Source of the DNA: Fastidiosipila sp.
GTDB taxonomy: Bacteria; Bacillota; Clostridia; Saccharofermentanales; DTU023
Direction: 5' to 3'
Length of the DNA: 64,000 nt
Assembly: GCA_012511175.1 (NCBI GenBank)
Contig: JAAZGO010000010.1
Location: 69,563-133,562 of the forward strand
Position numbers and translations under genes: made by a program. How positions within the stretch are numbered: the stretch's first letter is position 1; each line of letters opens with the position of its first letter. The notes under the pieces were generated by a model. It made no database searches, was not told where the DNA came from, and saw only the letters and a program-made list of their open reading frames with translations. Below, piece after piece: positions 26,501-34,953 of the stretch.

Positions 26501-27706
26501 CTCTCGTTTGGTGAAAGCTTTGATTTTGGCCTTCTGGCCAAAAAAACCATCACGCTGGTGATTGAGGCGAAAATCCGGGAAGGGGCCGACCTGTCAGCCT
26601 ATGAGGGTGAAACCATTCCCAACCAGGCAACCTATTGGATCAATGATCAGATCGGCCGGTATTCCAATGTCGTGACGGTGACGCCGCCCTTTGAGCCTCC
26701 CCTGATCAAAAAAGATGTCAATGGCAGGAAACATGAGGATCTGGCCGCAAGGGACGAAGTTTTCACCTATCATGTCCGTATTAATATGGCGGATTATGTA
26801 GGCCGCTATGAGTCCCTGATCATCCTCGACACCCTGGAGGATGTGCTCGAAAGCAAAGAGGCCGGCGTTATCCTTGACGGGGTTGAGAATCCCGGCCTGA
26901 CTGCCAGGCTCGCATTCCATGGCCAGACCATCCGGCTTGTCCTCGATAAGACTGACTTCAGTCAGCTTGCCGGCAAGACAATGATCCTCAGGATCAAAGC
27001 GAAAATCAGAGCAGGGGCGGATCTCAGTGCCTACCTGGATGAAACAGTTCCCAACGGAGCCCGGATCATCCTGAATGATGAAAGGGTGATCTTGTCCAAT
27101 ACCGTGACCGTTACCCCGCCGCTCGAAAAACCAGGTATTGAAAAGAAAATCAACGGCAAGGATCATGAAGAGCTGGAGGAACGGGATCAAGCCTTTGTCT
27201 ACCAGGTCACGGTGGATATCCCGGAAAATGTCCGTGGTTACGAATCCCTGGTTATCACCGATAGCCTGGAGGATGCGCTGGGAACCACGGGTGTCCGTGC
27301 ACTGATTGATGGCGTGGAGATGCCGGCTTTGACCGGCCGGATTACGATCGACGGCCGGCTGATCAGCCTGATTCTGGACAGGAGTGAAGACTTTGCCCTC
27401 CTGGCGGGGAAGACATTGACCCTGGAGATCGGGGCCCGGATACAGGAAGACGCGGATCTCAGCGGTTACACCGACGAGAGGATCCCCAACCGGGCGGTAC
27501 TGACCTTTAACCAGGAGCCGGGAGTTGAGTCCAATGAGGTAACGGTGACGCCGCCGATGGAACTGGTGGGCGGCGATACGGATGAACTGCCCAAGACAGG
27601 CTCTTTGGTTGACAGGACCTTGCTCTGGGTCCTCGGCATGTTGCTTATGGCGGCCGGCAGCCTGGTGTTGTTGCGGATCAGGTACGCAACCGTTAAAGAG
27701 AAGTAG
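23591..27706 (+). CDS. LPXTG-anchored surface adhesin: signal peptide, vWA domain, 5-6 tandem isopeptide-type (SpaA/CnaB-like) stalk domains
   Basis: ORF 23576..27706 trimmed to ATG 23591 behind GGAGGA. It has a signal peptide, a vWA MIDAS motif (VQDASGS) and repeated about 145-aa units (KDVNGK.HEDL...FTYHV...DTLEDVLE...GADLSAY...IPN.A...VTVTPP). The C-terminus is LPKTG followed by a hydrophobic span and RIRYATVKEK. Confidence 0.85.
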   Translation: MNKSINKMKYIYVFLLVLSLLMYLVAPVFPNKVSADSEPLVSLTHTSEIDRLIELCIRTIKGEIHFTRPLVEKKIDLVIVQDASGSFENTIGTMKEGLKAVVDKLKPSRGDRVMVTTFRGGQRYQWYEKVNDSQVKKDVGDDEGLYISTASSFIPVDTRTRYDLGSNLDMAKSRIGAITVDGGTPTARGLQYALQEYNSKRVALGDVGDLKRETIFLLVTDGVANVRLPDGSTGDDGTIWLDWNWAYTPDGQSHGSTTGFNEKYQDYETATDQASAQAAAIKNQGYYLISTFIEDFEKQKTQYGGGSYYQDEVSPYTKTALENMASSSSYYQVFDSPDNFGTRVGNLFEALVEEISQESIEVVIEPGYQVMSSRLLKDGIVINANLNFQTGINIVEVEQEGDYTIEYELKELDFHGEDETPVTATGRSGQKRYQIDNPVVPGNTNTVCTLEPAVPVKRVNGLEHYDLDEVREEVTYTVTTHVGNIFGMTSFGFEDQVDALLKITPGSADVKVDGVSIVKPGELTVLANKITFSKTSDFQQIKEKDVVLEFKASIDACVICGEVKAAYADGKIPNTAQLLYNQSRVASNTVTIAPPAPEDPPIAKDVNGKTHENLTAADDLFDYHVKVLLPELEEGEHYETLVIEDALVPVLQIEGTAVLIDGLAAPALDAYVSVSGQTATLTLDQEDFDFDTIVGKVIALQFTASIRPGADLSVYEGELVPNEGEYGINGGSRVKSNQVTVALPPEEPAIDKDVNGKTHEDLGTKHEIFTYHIKLDIPESVRGYETIVVSDTLEDVLEIIDSGVTVGGDDTSLLPLLTVSGQTATLVLDSEFDFSQIAGQQIVISLRARIRIGANLDAYVNDTVPNQAAIEFNGGPKVMTAPVTVAPPGEPPVIEKDVNGKDHEDLTAFDQSFTYHVKVEIPNNIRDYASLLITDTLEDVLEITGASVLLDGGDEPALLSYLSLAGQTVSLSFGESFDFGLLAKKTITLVIEAKIREGADLSAYEGETIPNQATYWINDQIGRYSNVVTVTPPFEPPLIKKDVNGRKHEDLAARDEVFTYHVRINMADYVGRYESLIILDTLEDVLESKEAGVILDGVENPGLTARLAFHGQTIRLVLDKTDFSQLAGKTMILRIKAKIRAGADLSAYLDETVPNGARIILNDERVILSNTVTVTPPLEKPGIEKKINGKDHEELEERDQAFVYQVTVDIPENVRGYESLVITDSLEDALGTTGVRALIDGVEMPALTGRITIDGRLISLILDRSEDFALLAGKTLTLEIGARIQEDADLSGYTDERIPNRAVLTFNQEPGVESNEVTVTPPMELVGGDTDELPKTGSLVDRTLLWVLGMLLMAAGSLVLLRIRYATVKEK
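25370..27550 (+). repeat. five in-frame tandem coding repeats (periods 450/429/435/432/435 nt), preceded by a divergent sixth unit (about 24955-25369)
   Basis: Unit boundaries were read at the recurring CCxCCx (PP) starts: 25370, 25820, 26249, 26684, 27116 and 27551. Conserved DNA blocks such as GATACCCTGGAGGATGTGCT recur at about 25966, 26392 and 26829. Confidence 0.85.
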
Positions 27707-27757
27707 GAAAGCCCGCCTGTCTTGCCGTCTGAAGGCTTGACAGGGATCGGAGCAGGT

Positions 27758-27786
27758 GCCGCCCGGGACAATTGTTCCCGGGCGGC
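27758..27786. terminator. bidirectional intrinsic terminator between convergent adhesin and GT2 genes
   Basis: GCCGCCCGGGA-caattgt-TCCCGGGCGGC is a perfect 11-bp stem, followed by TCTTCAATTT. Confidence 0.7.
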
Positions 27787-27795
27787 TCTTCAATT

Positions 27796-28779
27796 TCAAG
27801 CAGAGAAGATAAGTTCATCAAGGGCGGCATCGGCGAGGCCTGTCCGCTTGATAACCTTGACGGCAGCGCGAGTATTGCGGATCAGCCGGTCCCTATCCTT
27901 CCATGGCATGGTTCTTTTAGTCAAAAAGAGGGAAAAAAAGATCTGTGCCATGATCCGGTTAAGCCAGCGGCCATAAGGTTTTTCCCACTTTGCCCATTGG
28001 CCGGATGCCACGAAATGCCGGCGCAGCATGCCGGCGGATTCCAGGTAATCATGGACATGGCCGGATGCCACCCGGTGGGTCAGGCTTCCGGGATGCCGCA
28101 CGTAGTGGTAGCAGGCCTTCTTAAGTACAATTACTTCCCGGCAATGGAGGAGCAGAAGCGGAACAACAAAGGCATCTTCGTAGAGAATGGAGGGGAAGGA
28201 TATTTGGTGGTCGGTGAAAAGGCTGCGGCGAAAGAGCTTGTTCCACAGGAAGGTGGGGAAAAAAAGCAAGCGGAATGACTGTCTCACGGCCTGCTCGCCG
28301 CTCAATCTTTTGCGAAGAACGATGAAAGGGTAGGGAAGCCTCCAACCTCGCGGCAATTCCATGAAAAAATTAACGGCAACCGCGTCAATCTCCTTTGAAG
28401 CGAGAGCTGAGACCATGGTATGCACATGATCCCGATTGACGTAATCGTCGGCATCGACAAAACAGACCCACTCTCCTGTGGCCATTGACAGGCCCCGGTT
28501 GCGGGCGGCGCTGACCCCCTGGTTTTCCTGGCGGACATAGCGCACCCTCGGATCCCTGCTCACAAATTGGCGGACGATCCTGTCGGATCCGTCCGTCGAT
28601 CCGTCCGACACGACAATGATTTCAAGGGCAGGATAAGTCTGGCCGGTGACAGAATCCAGGCAGCGCGCGATCCAACGCTCGGCGTTGTAGCAGGGGATAA
28701 TGATGCTGATCAGCGGTTGGTCCAAGGCGGCCTCTCCTTGATTAATTTCGCCTATTCTCAAATTCATTATAACAGCCAT
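27796..28779 (-). CDS. family 2 glycosyltransferase
   Basis: ORF 27796..28908. GT2 N-terminus LISIIIPCYNAERW and DADD-type motif FVDADDY. Start set to ATG 28779 (MAVIMNL); 28767 and 28908 are alternatives. Confidence 0.8.
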   Translation of the reverse strand: MAVIMNLRIGEINQGEAALDQPLISIIIPCYNAERWIARCLDSVTGQTYPALEIIVVSDGSTDGSDRIVRQFVSRDPRVRYVRQENQGVSAARNRGLSMATGEWVCFVDADDYVNRDHVHTMVSALASKEIDAVAVNFFMELPRGWRLPYPFIVLRKRLSGEQAVRQSFRLLFFPTFLWNKLFRRSLFTDHQISFPSILYEDAFVVPLLLLHCREVIVLKKACYHYVRHPGSLTHRVASGHVHDYLESAGMLRRHFVASGQWAKWEKPYGRWLNRIMAQIFFSLFLTKRTMPWKDRDRLIRNTRAAVKVIKRTGLADAALDELIFSA

Positions 28780-28970
28780 GGAAATGCAATCGCCCGCTCC
28801 CGGGCCGCGTGGACCGGACGGGCAAATGTCACGCATCGAGCCAGCGGCAGGAATTGGGGGGTAAACGAATGAAGGTGCCTGCCGGTGATGGGTCAATCCG
28901 ATACGCAAAAATCGAGTTATAATGGGGCGATAGCCCGGCCCGACAAGCCAGGGTACCGGGCCGGATCAGG

Positions 28971-30332
28971 ATGATGAAACCAAAACACACATTCAATCTG
29001 CGCGGCGTCTTTCGCAATCCGCCTGTTTTAATCATTGCGGCGTATCTGGCTGTTCTGCTGCTCGGTACTTCTTTGCTGCTTTTACCTTTCGCGGTACAAT
29101 CCGGCGTTGCTGCCGATCCTGTCACTGCACTTTTTACGGCGACATCAGCCCTCTGCGTGACCGGTTTGACAACAGTGACAACACTCACTTACTGGTCGTT
29201 CTTCGGGCAAGCGGTTATCCTGTTCCTGATTCAGGTCGGCGGACTCGGGATCATGACTGCCGCCGGCGGCCTGGCCATGGTGCTTCGGAGGCGGATCTCC
29301 ATGCCCAATCGGATTGTGCTGGCAGAAGAAAAAAATGCCCCAAGGCCGGGCGGGATGGCCCGTTTGATCCATTTCGTTCTTGTTGCGACCTTTGCCATCG
29401 AATTGACGGGAACCTGTTTGCTTTCCTTCCGTTTCATCCCCATCTTTGGCTGGAAAAACGGTCTCTGGAAAGCAGTCTTTCAGGCGGTTTCCGCTTACTG
29501 TAACGCTGGCTTCGACCTTATCGGCGAAGCCTCTTTGATCAGCTGGAATAAAGATGTCCTGGTGCTATTCGCCACCGCTCTGCTCATCATTCTGGGCGGC
29601 TTGGGTTTTCCCGTTTACCGCGACATCATGAGGCAAAAACGCTGGCGCCGCTATCGGCTTCATTCCAAGATCACACTTCTGCTGACCGCATTCCTCCTCT
29701 TGTCCGGAACGTTCAGTTTCTGGCTGCTGGAACACCGAAATGCCGGCGGGGTGCTCCAAAGCCTGTCAATTCCCCGACAATGGATGAACGCCTTCTTCCA
29801 GTCTGTCACCTGCCGTACCGCCGGTTTCTACTCGATTCCGCAAAGCTCGCTGACACAGGCTTCCTGCCTGATAGCGATTGCCCTTATGTTTGTTGGCGGG
29901 TCTCCTGTTGGGACCGCAGGTGGTGTTAAAACAACGACTCTATTTACGCTGTTGCACAGTACCCGCAAGGAAATTGGCCGAAGACGGAATGCCTCGGTGT
30001 TTGACCGGCGGCTTCCGGCCGGGCTGATGACCCGGGCATCAGCCATTGTGATGATTGCCGCCCTCTGGTGCAGCGCGGGTGCCCTCATTTTGTCAATCGC
30101 CGAACCGCAAACCCCTTTTCTTGACTCGTTATTTGAGGTCATTTCCGCTTTTGGTACGGTTGGTCTGTCACGTGACTTGACGCCCTCTCTCGGTTATCTG
30201 AGCCAGTCGGTCCTGATCACGACCATGCTTTTTGGAAAAATCGGGCCCCTCACCGTTCTCTATGCACTCAGCGCGAAACCGGTAACGACAACGACTTTCG
30301 AGGACGCAGAGGAGTCCATACTGATCGGCTGA
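28971..30332 (+). CDS. ktrB: Trk/Ktr-type potassium transporter membrane subunit (TrkH/KtrB family)
   Basis: 453 aa and polytopic, with repeated selectivity-filter-like segments (CVTGL, NAGF, RTAGF, GTVGLS). Confidence 0.88.
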   Translation: MMKPKHTFNLRGVFRNPPVLIIAAYLAVLLLGTSLLLLPFAVQSGVAADPVTALFTATSALCVTGLTTVTTLTYWSFFGQAVILFLIQVGGLGIMTAAGGLAMVLRRRISMPNRIVLAEEKNAPRPGGMARLIHFVLVATFAIELTGTCLLSFRFIPIFGWKNGLWKAVFQAVSAYCNAGFDLIGEASLISWNKDVLVLFATALLIILGGLGFPVYRDIMRQKRWRRYRLHSKITLLLTAFLLLSGTFSFWLLEHRNAGGVLQSLSIPRQWMNAFFQSVTCRTAGFYSIPQSSLTQASCLIAIALMFVGGSPVGTAGGVKTTTLFTLLHSTRKEIGRRRNASVFDRRLPAGLMTRASAIVMIAALWCSAGALILSIAEPQTPFLDSLFEVISAFGTVGLSRDLTPSLGYLSQSVLITTMLFGKIGPLTVLYALSAKPVTTTTFEDAEESILIG

Positions 30333-30394
30333 ATACAGGCAGCACATCAATCGCATCCCCCGGGTGCGCCCCTGCTGATGGAGGAGGATTTTGA

Positions 30395-31063
30395 ATGAAA
30401 AAAGTGAAAGATGTCGCCGTCATCGGCTGTGGCCGCTTTGGCTACCATCTGGCGGTTACCTTAAGTCAGATGGGAAGGAACGTCATGGTGGTCGATGATG
30501 ATGAAGAAATCGTAAATGCCCTGGCTCATCAGGTCACCTACGCAGTTCGCGCTGATGTGACTCAGGAAAATGTGCTGGCGGAAATTGGCATTGGAAACTG
30601 TGATGCGGCGGTCATTGCCATAGGCGAGCATTTTGAGGCCGCCATGATGGCGACACTGGCATGCAAGGAAATGGGCATCCCCCGCATCATCGCCAAGGCG
30701 CGAAATGAATCAATGGGGCGTGTCCTGCTGAAAATCGGAGCCACCCAGGTCATGATTCCCGAACGTGATCAGGGAATTAAGCTTGCTCACGCGCTCGCGT
30801 CCCACAACATGTCAGAACTGATCGGGTTGTCCACGACACACGCCATCCTTGAAATCGGCTGTCCGGGAAGCTGGTCCGGAAAGAGCCTTGAAGAGCTTGA
30901 CATACGGTCCACCTATCGGGTCACCATTATCGGGATCGGGCGTGCAGGTGAACCGCTCATCTTCCCGCACGCGGAAGATGTCTTCAGAGAAGGCGACCGC
31001 ATCTTCGCGCTTGGCAGCAATGAAGACCTGGCGAGAATGGAAACGATTGTCGAGGATGAGTGA
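30395..31063 (+). CDS. ktrA: Trk/Ktr-type potassium transporter regulatory subunit (RCK domain, TrkA/KtrA family)
   Basis: 222 aa with VIGCGRFG Rossmann (RCK_N) and RCK_C domains. GGAGGA RBS. Confidence 0.88.
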   Translation: MKKVKDVAVIGCGRFGYHLAVTLSQMGRNVMVVDDDEEIVNALAHQVTYAVRADVTQENVLAEIGIGNCDAAVIAIGEHFEAAMMATLACKEMGIPRIIAKARNESMGRVLLKIGATQVMIPERDQGIKLAHALASHNMSELIGLSTTHAILEIGCPGSWSGKSLEELDIRSTYRVTIIGIGRAGEPLIFPHAEDVFREGDRIFALGSNEDLARMETIVEDE

Positions 31064-31173
31064 ACCCCAGGTGTTTTTTTTCACCTGACGGCACCCCGGC
31101 CCGACAGTGCTGGAATCATCCTGAACGGACGGTGGAAGAAACGAATGACCTGCCTGCGTGGTAGAATGACATC

Positions 31174-31980
31174 GTGCGCCACAAGCTACTTAGTCGAAGA
31201 CTGAAAGAAGACATGCCGATGATGACGGCACACGACCGATCCGGATCAAAAGTGAATATCGGTCACGCCTGCACTTTGTACGCGGCACGCCGCAGGCGGA
31301 TCTTTCAGCGTTCCCTGACGATCGGCATCCTGATTCTGACCCTTGTTGCCTCCGTGCTGATCTATCTTTACTGGGGTGAGGCAGCCATTGATTTTTTCTC
31401 CGACCCCATCAAGGTTCGCGCCATGGTTTCAAGGCATCCTGTTTCCAGCCGATTGGTTTTCTTTTTGGCCAACTTCATGCAGGTTGTGATCGCCATCATC
31501 CCGGGAGAACCCTTTGAATTGGCGGCAGGCTATGCTTTTGGCGTCGTTGAGGGGACACTGATTTGCATGGCCGCCATCTATGCAGCCAGTATCCTGATTT
31601 TCCTTCTGGTCAAGCGTTTTGGGCGGCCGGTGATCGAATTGTTTTTTGAGCCGGAAAAGATCGACCAGGTCCGCTTGTTCCGAAGACCGGGCCAACTCAA
31701 TATTTTGCTTTACATTCTTCTTTTCCTGCCGGGAACCCCCAAGGACATATTGACCTACCTGGCAGGGCTGACACCGATAAGGCTGTCAAGCTGGCTGATC
31801 ATTATTTCCGCCAGGCTCCTCTCCGTCGTCACATCGACTGTGAGCGGCGGCCTGCTCGGCTCTCAAAATTACATCTATGCGGTTCTTGTTTTCCTTGTCA
31901 CGGGATTGGTCGCGCTTGCGGGTATTCTCATGTACAACAGGCTCAACAGGCGTGCGCAGGAGGAAGAAATGACCGGGTGA
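31174..31980 (+). CDS. TVP38/TMEM64 (DedA-related) family membrane protein
   Basis: 268 aa. Contains the family-typical PGEPFELAAGYAFG motif and several TM spans. Start uncertain. Confidence 0.75.
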   Translation: MRHKLLSRRLKEDMPMMTAHDRSGSKVNIGHACTLYAARRRRIFQRSLTIGILILTLVASVLIYLYWGEAAIDFFSDPIKVRAMVSRHPVSSRLVFFLANFMQVVIAIIPGEPFELAAGYAFGVVEGTLICMAAIYAASILIFLLVKRFGRPVIELFFEPEKIDQVRLFRRPGQLNILLYILLFLPGTPKDILTYLAGLTPIRLSSWLIIISARLLSVVTSTVSGGLLGSQNYIYAVLVFLVTGLVALAGILMYNRLNRRAQEEEMTG

Positions 31981-32153
31981 GGGAATGGGCTTCAGAATCC
32001 CCGGGGATATGTAACAAATGCGCCTTAATTATTTGCATCGCCAGAGGCTGCTCTTTACTACAATATTATGTGCTATACTTTCTGAGGTTTGGGTTTTTGC
32101 GAAGATCCCGAGTCCCAATTATCATCAATCATCACTAAGCAAGGAGAGAAACA

Positions 32154-33629
32154 ATGATCGATCTCACGATCCATAAGGACGCGCTCGAAAACGCGGTAAA
32201 ACGCGCGCGCGAGAACAAAATTATCATCCCCACCTTCGCGCAGCTGCGCGATCCCGTTAAAAATGTACCCGACAAAATTAAAAAAGCGCTTCACCAGGTC
32301 GGGACCGATGAAGTCGATCCCCTCAACTTGTTCCGCATTACCTGGAAAAATGAACCCAGGCGCGACGGCGGTGAATACGGAGGGGTCAACTACATCGAAA
32401 TCCCCCGCGAACTCACGCGTGTCAAGGCCCGGGTCTTTACCATGGTCGGCAAGTGGTTCCCGACCGGCTGCCACAAAGTCGGTGCTTCATACGGCTGCCT
32501 GGTCCCCCGTCTTGTGACGGGTCAGTTCGACCCTTACCATAACTGGGCTGTCTGGCCGTCAACCGGCAACTACTGCCGCGGCGGCGCTTTTAACTCCAAA
32601 CTTCTGGGCTGCAAGTCAATCGCGATCCTTCCGGTCGAGATGAGTGTTGAGCGTTTCAACTGGCTTCAAAATATCGCTGACGAAGTGATCGGAACTCCCG
32701 GCTGTGAAAGTGACGTTTACGAAATCTTTGAAAAAGTCAAGGAAATCCGGCGGACCCGCCACGATGCCGTCATCTTCAACCAGTTTGAGGAGATGGGCAA
32801 TGTTCTTTGGCACTACCACGTAACGGGCCCGGCCCTCGAAGAAGTCTACGAAGAAGTCAAAACTGAAAACTCACGCCTTTTCGGGGTTTTCTTTACCAGC
32901 GGCAGCGCAGGCACCATGAGCGCAGGCGACTATCTGAAGGACCATTATCCGCGCATCAAAGTGGCCGTGGGCGAGGCGTTGCAGTGCCCCACCATCCTCA
33001 ACAATGGTTTCGGCCGTCACCGCATCGAGGGAATCGGCGACAAGCACATCCCCTTTGTCCACAACATAAAAAATACTGATCTGGTCGCTGCCATTGACGA
33101 CAATAATTCGCAGAATCTGCTCCGCCTCTTCAACGAGGAAGTCGGGCACGAATACCTCAGGAAACAATCCGGACTGACGGACGAATTTTTGAAGCAGCTG
33201 CCCCTGCTGGGCATCAGCGGGATCGCCAACATTCTCGGCGCCATCAAGATGGCCAAGTACTATGAACTCACGGAGAATGACGTTCTGCTCACGGTGGCGA
33301 CCGACTCGGCCGAGATGTACCAGTCCCGCCTGGTCGAGCTCGAAGAGGCGGAGGGACCTTACACCGAGGAATTGGCAGCGCGCGATTACTGGCACAACCT
33401 CATGTCCATGAAAACAGATAACATGGAGGAATTCACTTACATCACCCGCAAGCGCGTCCACAATCTCAAGTACTACACCTGGGTCGAGCAGCAGGGCCGC
33501 ACCTTGGAAGAACTGAACGCGCAGTGGTATGACGAACATTACTGGGACGATCTCCATAAGCAGGCCGATGAAATCGACCGGCTGACCATGGAGTTCAACG
33601 AACGCACCGGCGTGCTCGCCAACATGTGA
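32154..33629 (+). CDS. fold-type II (Trp-synthase-beta-like) PLP-dependent enzyme, first gene of the selenium-linked purine cluster
   Basis: 491 aa behind AAGGAGAG. Candidate PLP lysine in PTGCHKVGA and a glycine loop FFTSGSAGTMSAG. The sequence is not similar to E. coli diaminopropionate ammonia-lyase YgeX as I recall it. Confidence 0.75.
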   Translation: MIDLTIHKDALENAVKRARENKIIIPTFAQLRDPVKNVPDKIKKALHQVGTDEVDPLNLFRITWKNEPRRDGGEYGGVNYIEIPRELTRVKARVFTMVGKWFPTGCHKVGASYGCLVPRLVTGQFDPYHNWAVWPSTGNYCRGGAFNSKLLGCKSIAILPVEMSVERFNWLQNIADEVIGTPGCESDVYEIFEKVKEIRRTRHDAVIFNQFEEMGNVLWHYHVTGPALEEVYEEVKTENSRLFGVFFTSGSAGTMSAGDYLKDHYPRIKVAVGEALQCPTILNNGFGRHRIEGIGDKHIPFVHNIKNTDLVAAIDDNNSQNLLRLFNEEVGHEYLRKQSGLTDEFLKQLPLLGISGIANILGAIKMAKYYELTENDVLLTVATDSAEMYQSRLVELEEAEGPYTEELAARDYWHNLMSMKTDNMEEFTYITRKRVHNLKYYTWVEQQGRTLEELNAQWYDEHYWDDLHKQADEIDRLTMEFNERTGVLANM

Positions 33630-33665
33630 TCCAGCAAGCCTGATTTGGGAGGAATGAATCAGAAA

Positions 33666-34862
33666 ATGAAAATCAATGAACTGATCAAAGAGCTGGAAGG
33701 CTACGACTACAAGGGATTGTACCAGGATGATTTCTTTTTGACCTGGGATAAATCCCAGGATGAGATTATGGCTCTCTTCACGGTCGCCGACGCCCTGCGT
33801 GAGCTCCGTGAGAACAATAGAAGCGCCCGGATTTTTGACTCGGGCCTGGGCATCTCCCTCTTCCGCGACCAGTCGACGAGGACCAGGTTCTCTTTCGCCT
33901 CGGCCTGCAATTTCCTGGGCCTGCAAGTCCAGGACTTCGACGAGGGTAAATCACAGATCGCGCACGGTGAGACTGTCAAAGAGACAGCCAATATGATTTC
34001 TTTTATGGCGGACGTCATTGGCATCCGCGATGACATGTACATTGGCAAAGGCCATACCTACATGAAGAGCGTTTCGGAATATGTCAGGGAAGGCTATGAG
34101 GATGGCGTGCTGGAGCAGCGGCCGACCCTGGTCAACCTGCAATGTGACATTGACCACCCGACCCAGTCCATGGCCGATGCCCTCCACATCATCCACGAAT
34201 TCGGCGGTGTCGAAAATCTGAGAGGTAAAAAGCTTGCCATGACCTGGGCCTATTCGCCTTCCTATGGCAAACCCCTGTCGGTTCCCCAGGGAATCGTCGG
34301 CCTTATGACCCGCTTTGGCATGGAGGTGGTGCTGGCGCATCCGGAAGGCTATGACATCATGGACGATATTGAAGATGTTGCCAGACGAAATGAAGAACTT
34401 TACGGCGGCAAGTTCACACGTGCCGCATCCATGGAGGAAGCCTTCAAAGATGCCGATATTGTCTATCCGAAAAGCTGGGCACCTTTCAAGGCCATGGAAA
34501 TCCGCACCGACCTTTACGCCAAGGGCGATCAGGCGGGGATCAAGGCCCTGGAACAGGAGCTGCTGGCCCAAAACGCGCAGCACAAGGACTGGGCCTGCAC
34601 AGAAGACATGATGAAGCTGACCCGCGGTGGCAAGGCACTTTACATGCACTGCCTGCCGGCGGATATTTCCGGGGTCTCATGCGAGGAAGGCGAAGTGGAC
34701 GCTTCCGTCTTCGACCGCTACCGGATTCCCCTCTACAAAGAGGCCAGCTACAAGCCTTACATCATCGCGGCCATGATTTTCCTCCAGAAGATCAGGCACC
34801 CCGGCGCGAAGCTCGAAGAACTCTGGAACAGTGCCTCCCCCCGCTGGGCCGACAAGGGTTGA
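33666..34862 (+). CDS. ygeW: knotted carbamoyltransferase YgeW
   Basis: ORF 33645..34862 trimmed to ATG 33666. Long blocks match E. coli YgeW as recalled: GLGISLFRDQSTRTRFSFASA, EGKSQIAHGETV, NLQCDIDHPTQSMAD, AYSPSYGKPLSVPQG, LYMHCLPADISGVSC. Confidence 0.92.
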   Translation: MKINELIKELEGYDYKGLYQDDFFLTWDKSQDEIMALFTVADALRELRENNRSARIFDSGLGISLFRDQSTRTRFSFASACNFLGLQVQDFDEGKSQIAHGETVKETANMISFMADVIGIRDDMYIGKGHTYMKSVSEYVREGYEDGVLEQRPTLVNLQCDIDHPTQSMADALHIIHEFGGVENLRGKKLAMTWAYSPSYGKPLSVPQGIVGLMTRFGMEVVLAHPEGYDIMDDIEDVARRNEELYGGKFTRAASMEEAFKDADIVYPKSWAPFKAMEIRTDLYAKGDQAGIKALEQELLAQNAQHKDWACTEDMMKLTRGGKALYMHCLPADISGVSCEEGEVDASVFDRYRIPLYKEASYKPYIIAAMIFLQKIRHPGAKLEELWNSASPRWADKG

Positions 34863-34953
34863 AACAATTGTTTAATGACTGCCCCGGGAATGACAAAGAA
34901 GCCGGGGCAGTCGTCAATCAAGTCAAATTACTGAAATAAGGAGAATACCCAAG

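Noticed and set aside
25370-27550. Regular periodicity of about 430 nt that could suggest a CRISPR array or non-coding tandem repeat.
   Set aside because: The repeats are in frame within one long ORF and encode a conserved protein domain. There is no short-repeat/spacer architecture, and I saw no CRISPR array anywhere in the window.
28780-28970. A c-di-AMP (ydaO-type) riboswitch upstream of ktrB.
   Set aside because: Partial matches exist (CCCGGCCCGACAAGC versus CCCGAAUCCGACAGC; GGGGCGATAGCC versus GGGGUGAAUCC), but the blocks are adjacent instead of separated by helices. A TATAAT at 28917 would leave only a leader of about 40 nt. The evidence is insufficient.
31981-32153. A purine riboswitch or obvious promoter in the leader of the purine-catabolic operon.
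   Set aside because: No match to the purine riboswitch core (UAUAAUCGCGUGGAUAUGGCACGCAAGUUUCUACCGGGCACCGUAAAUGUCCGACUAUG type). The -35/-10 candidates have non-canonical spacing, so nothing is reported.
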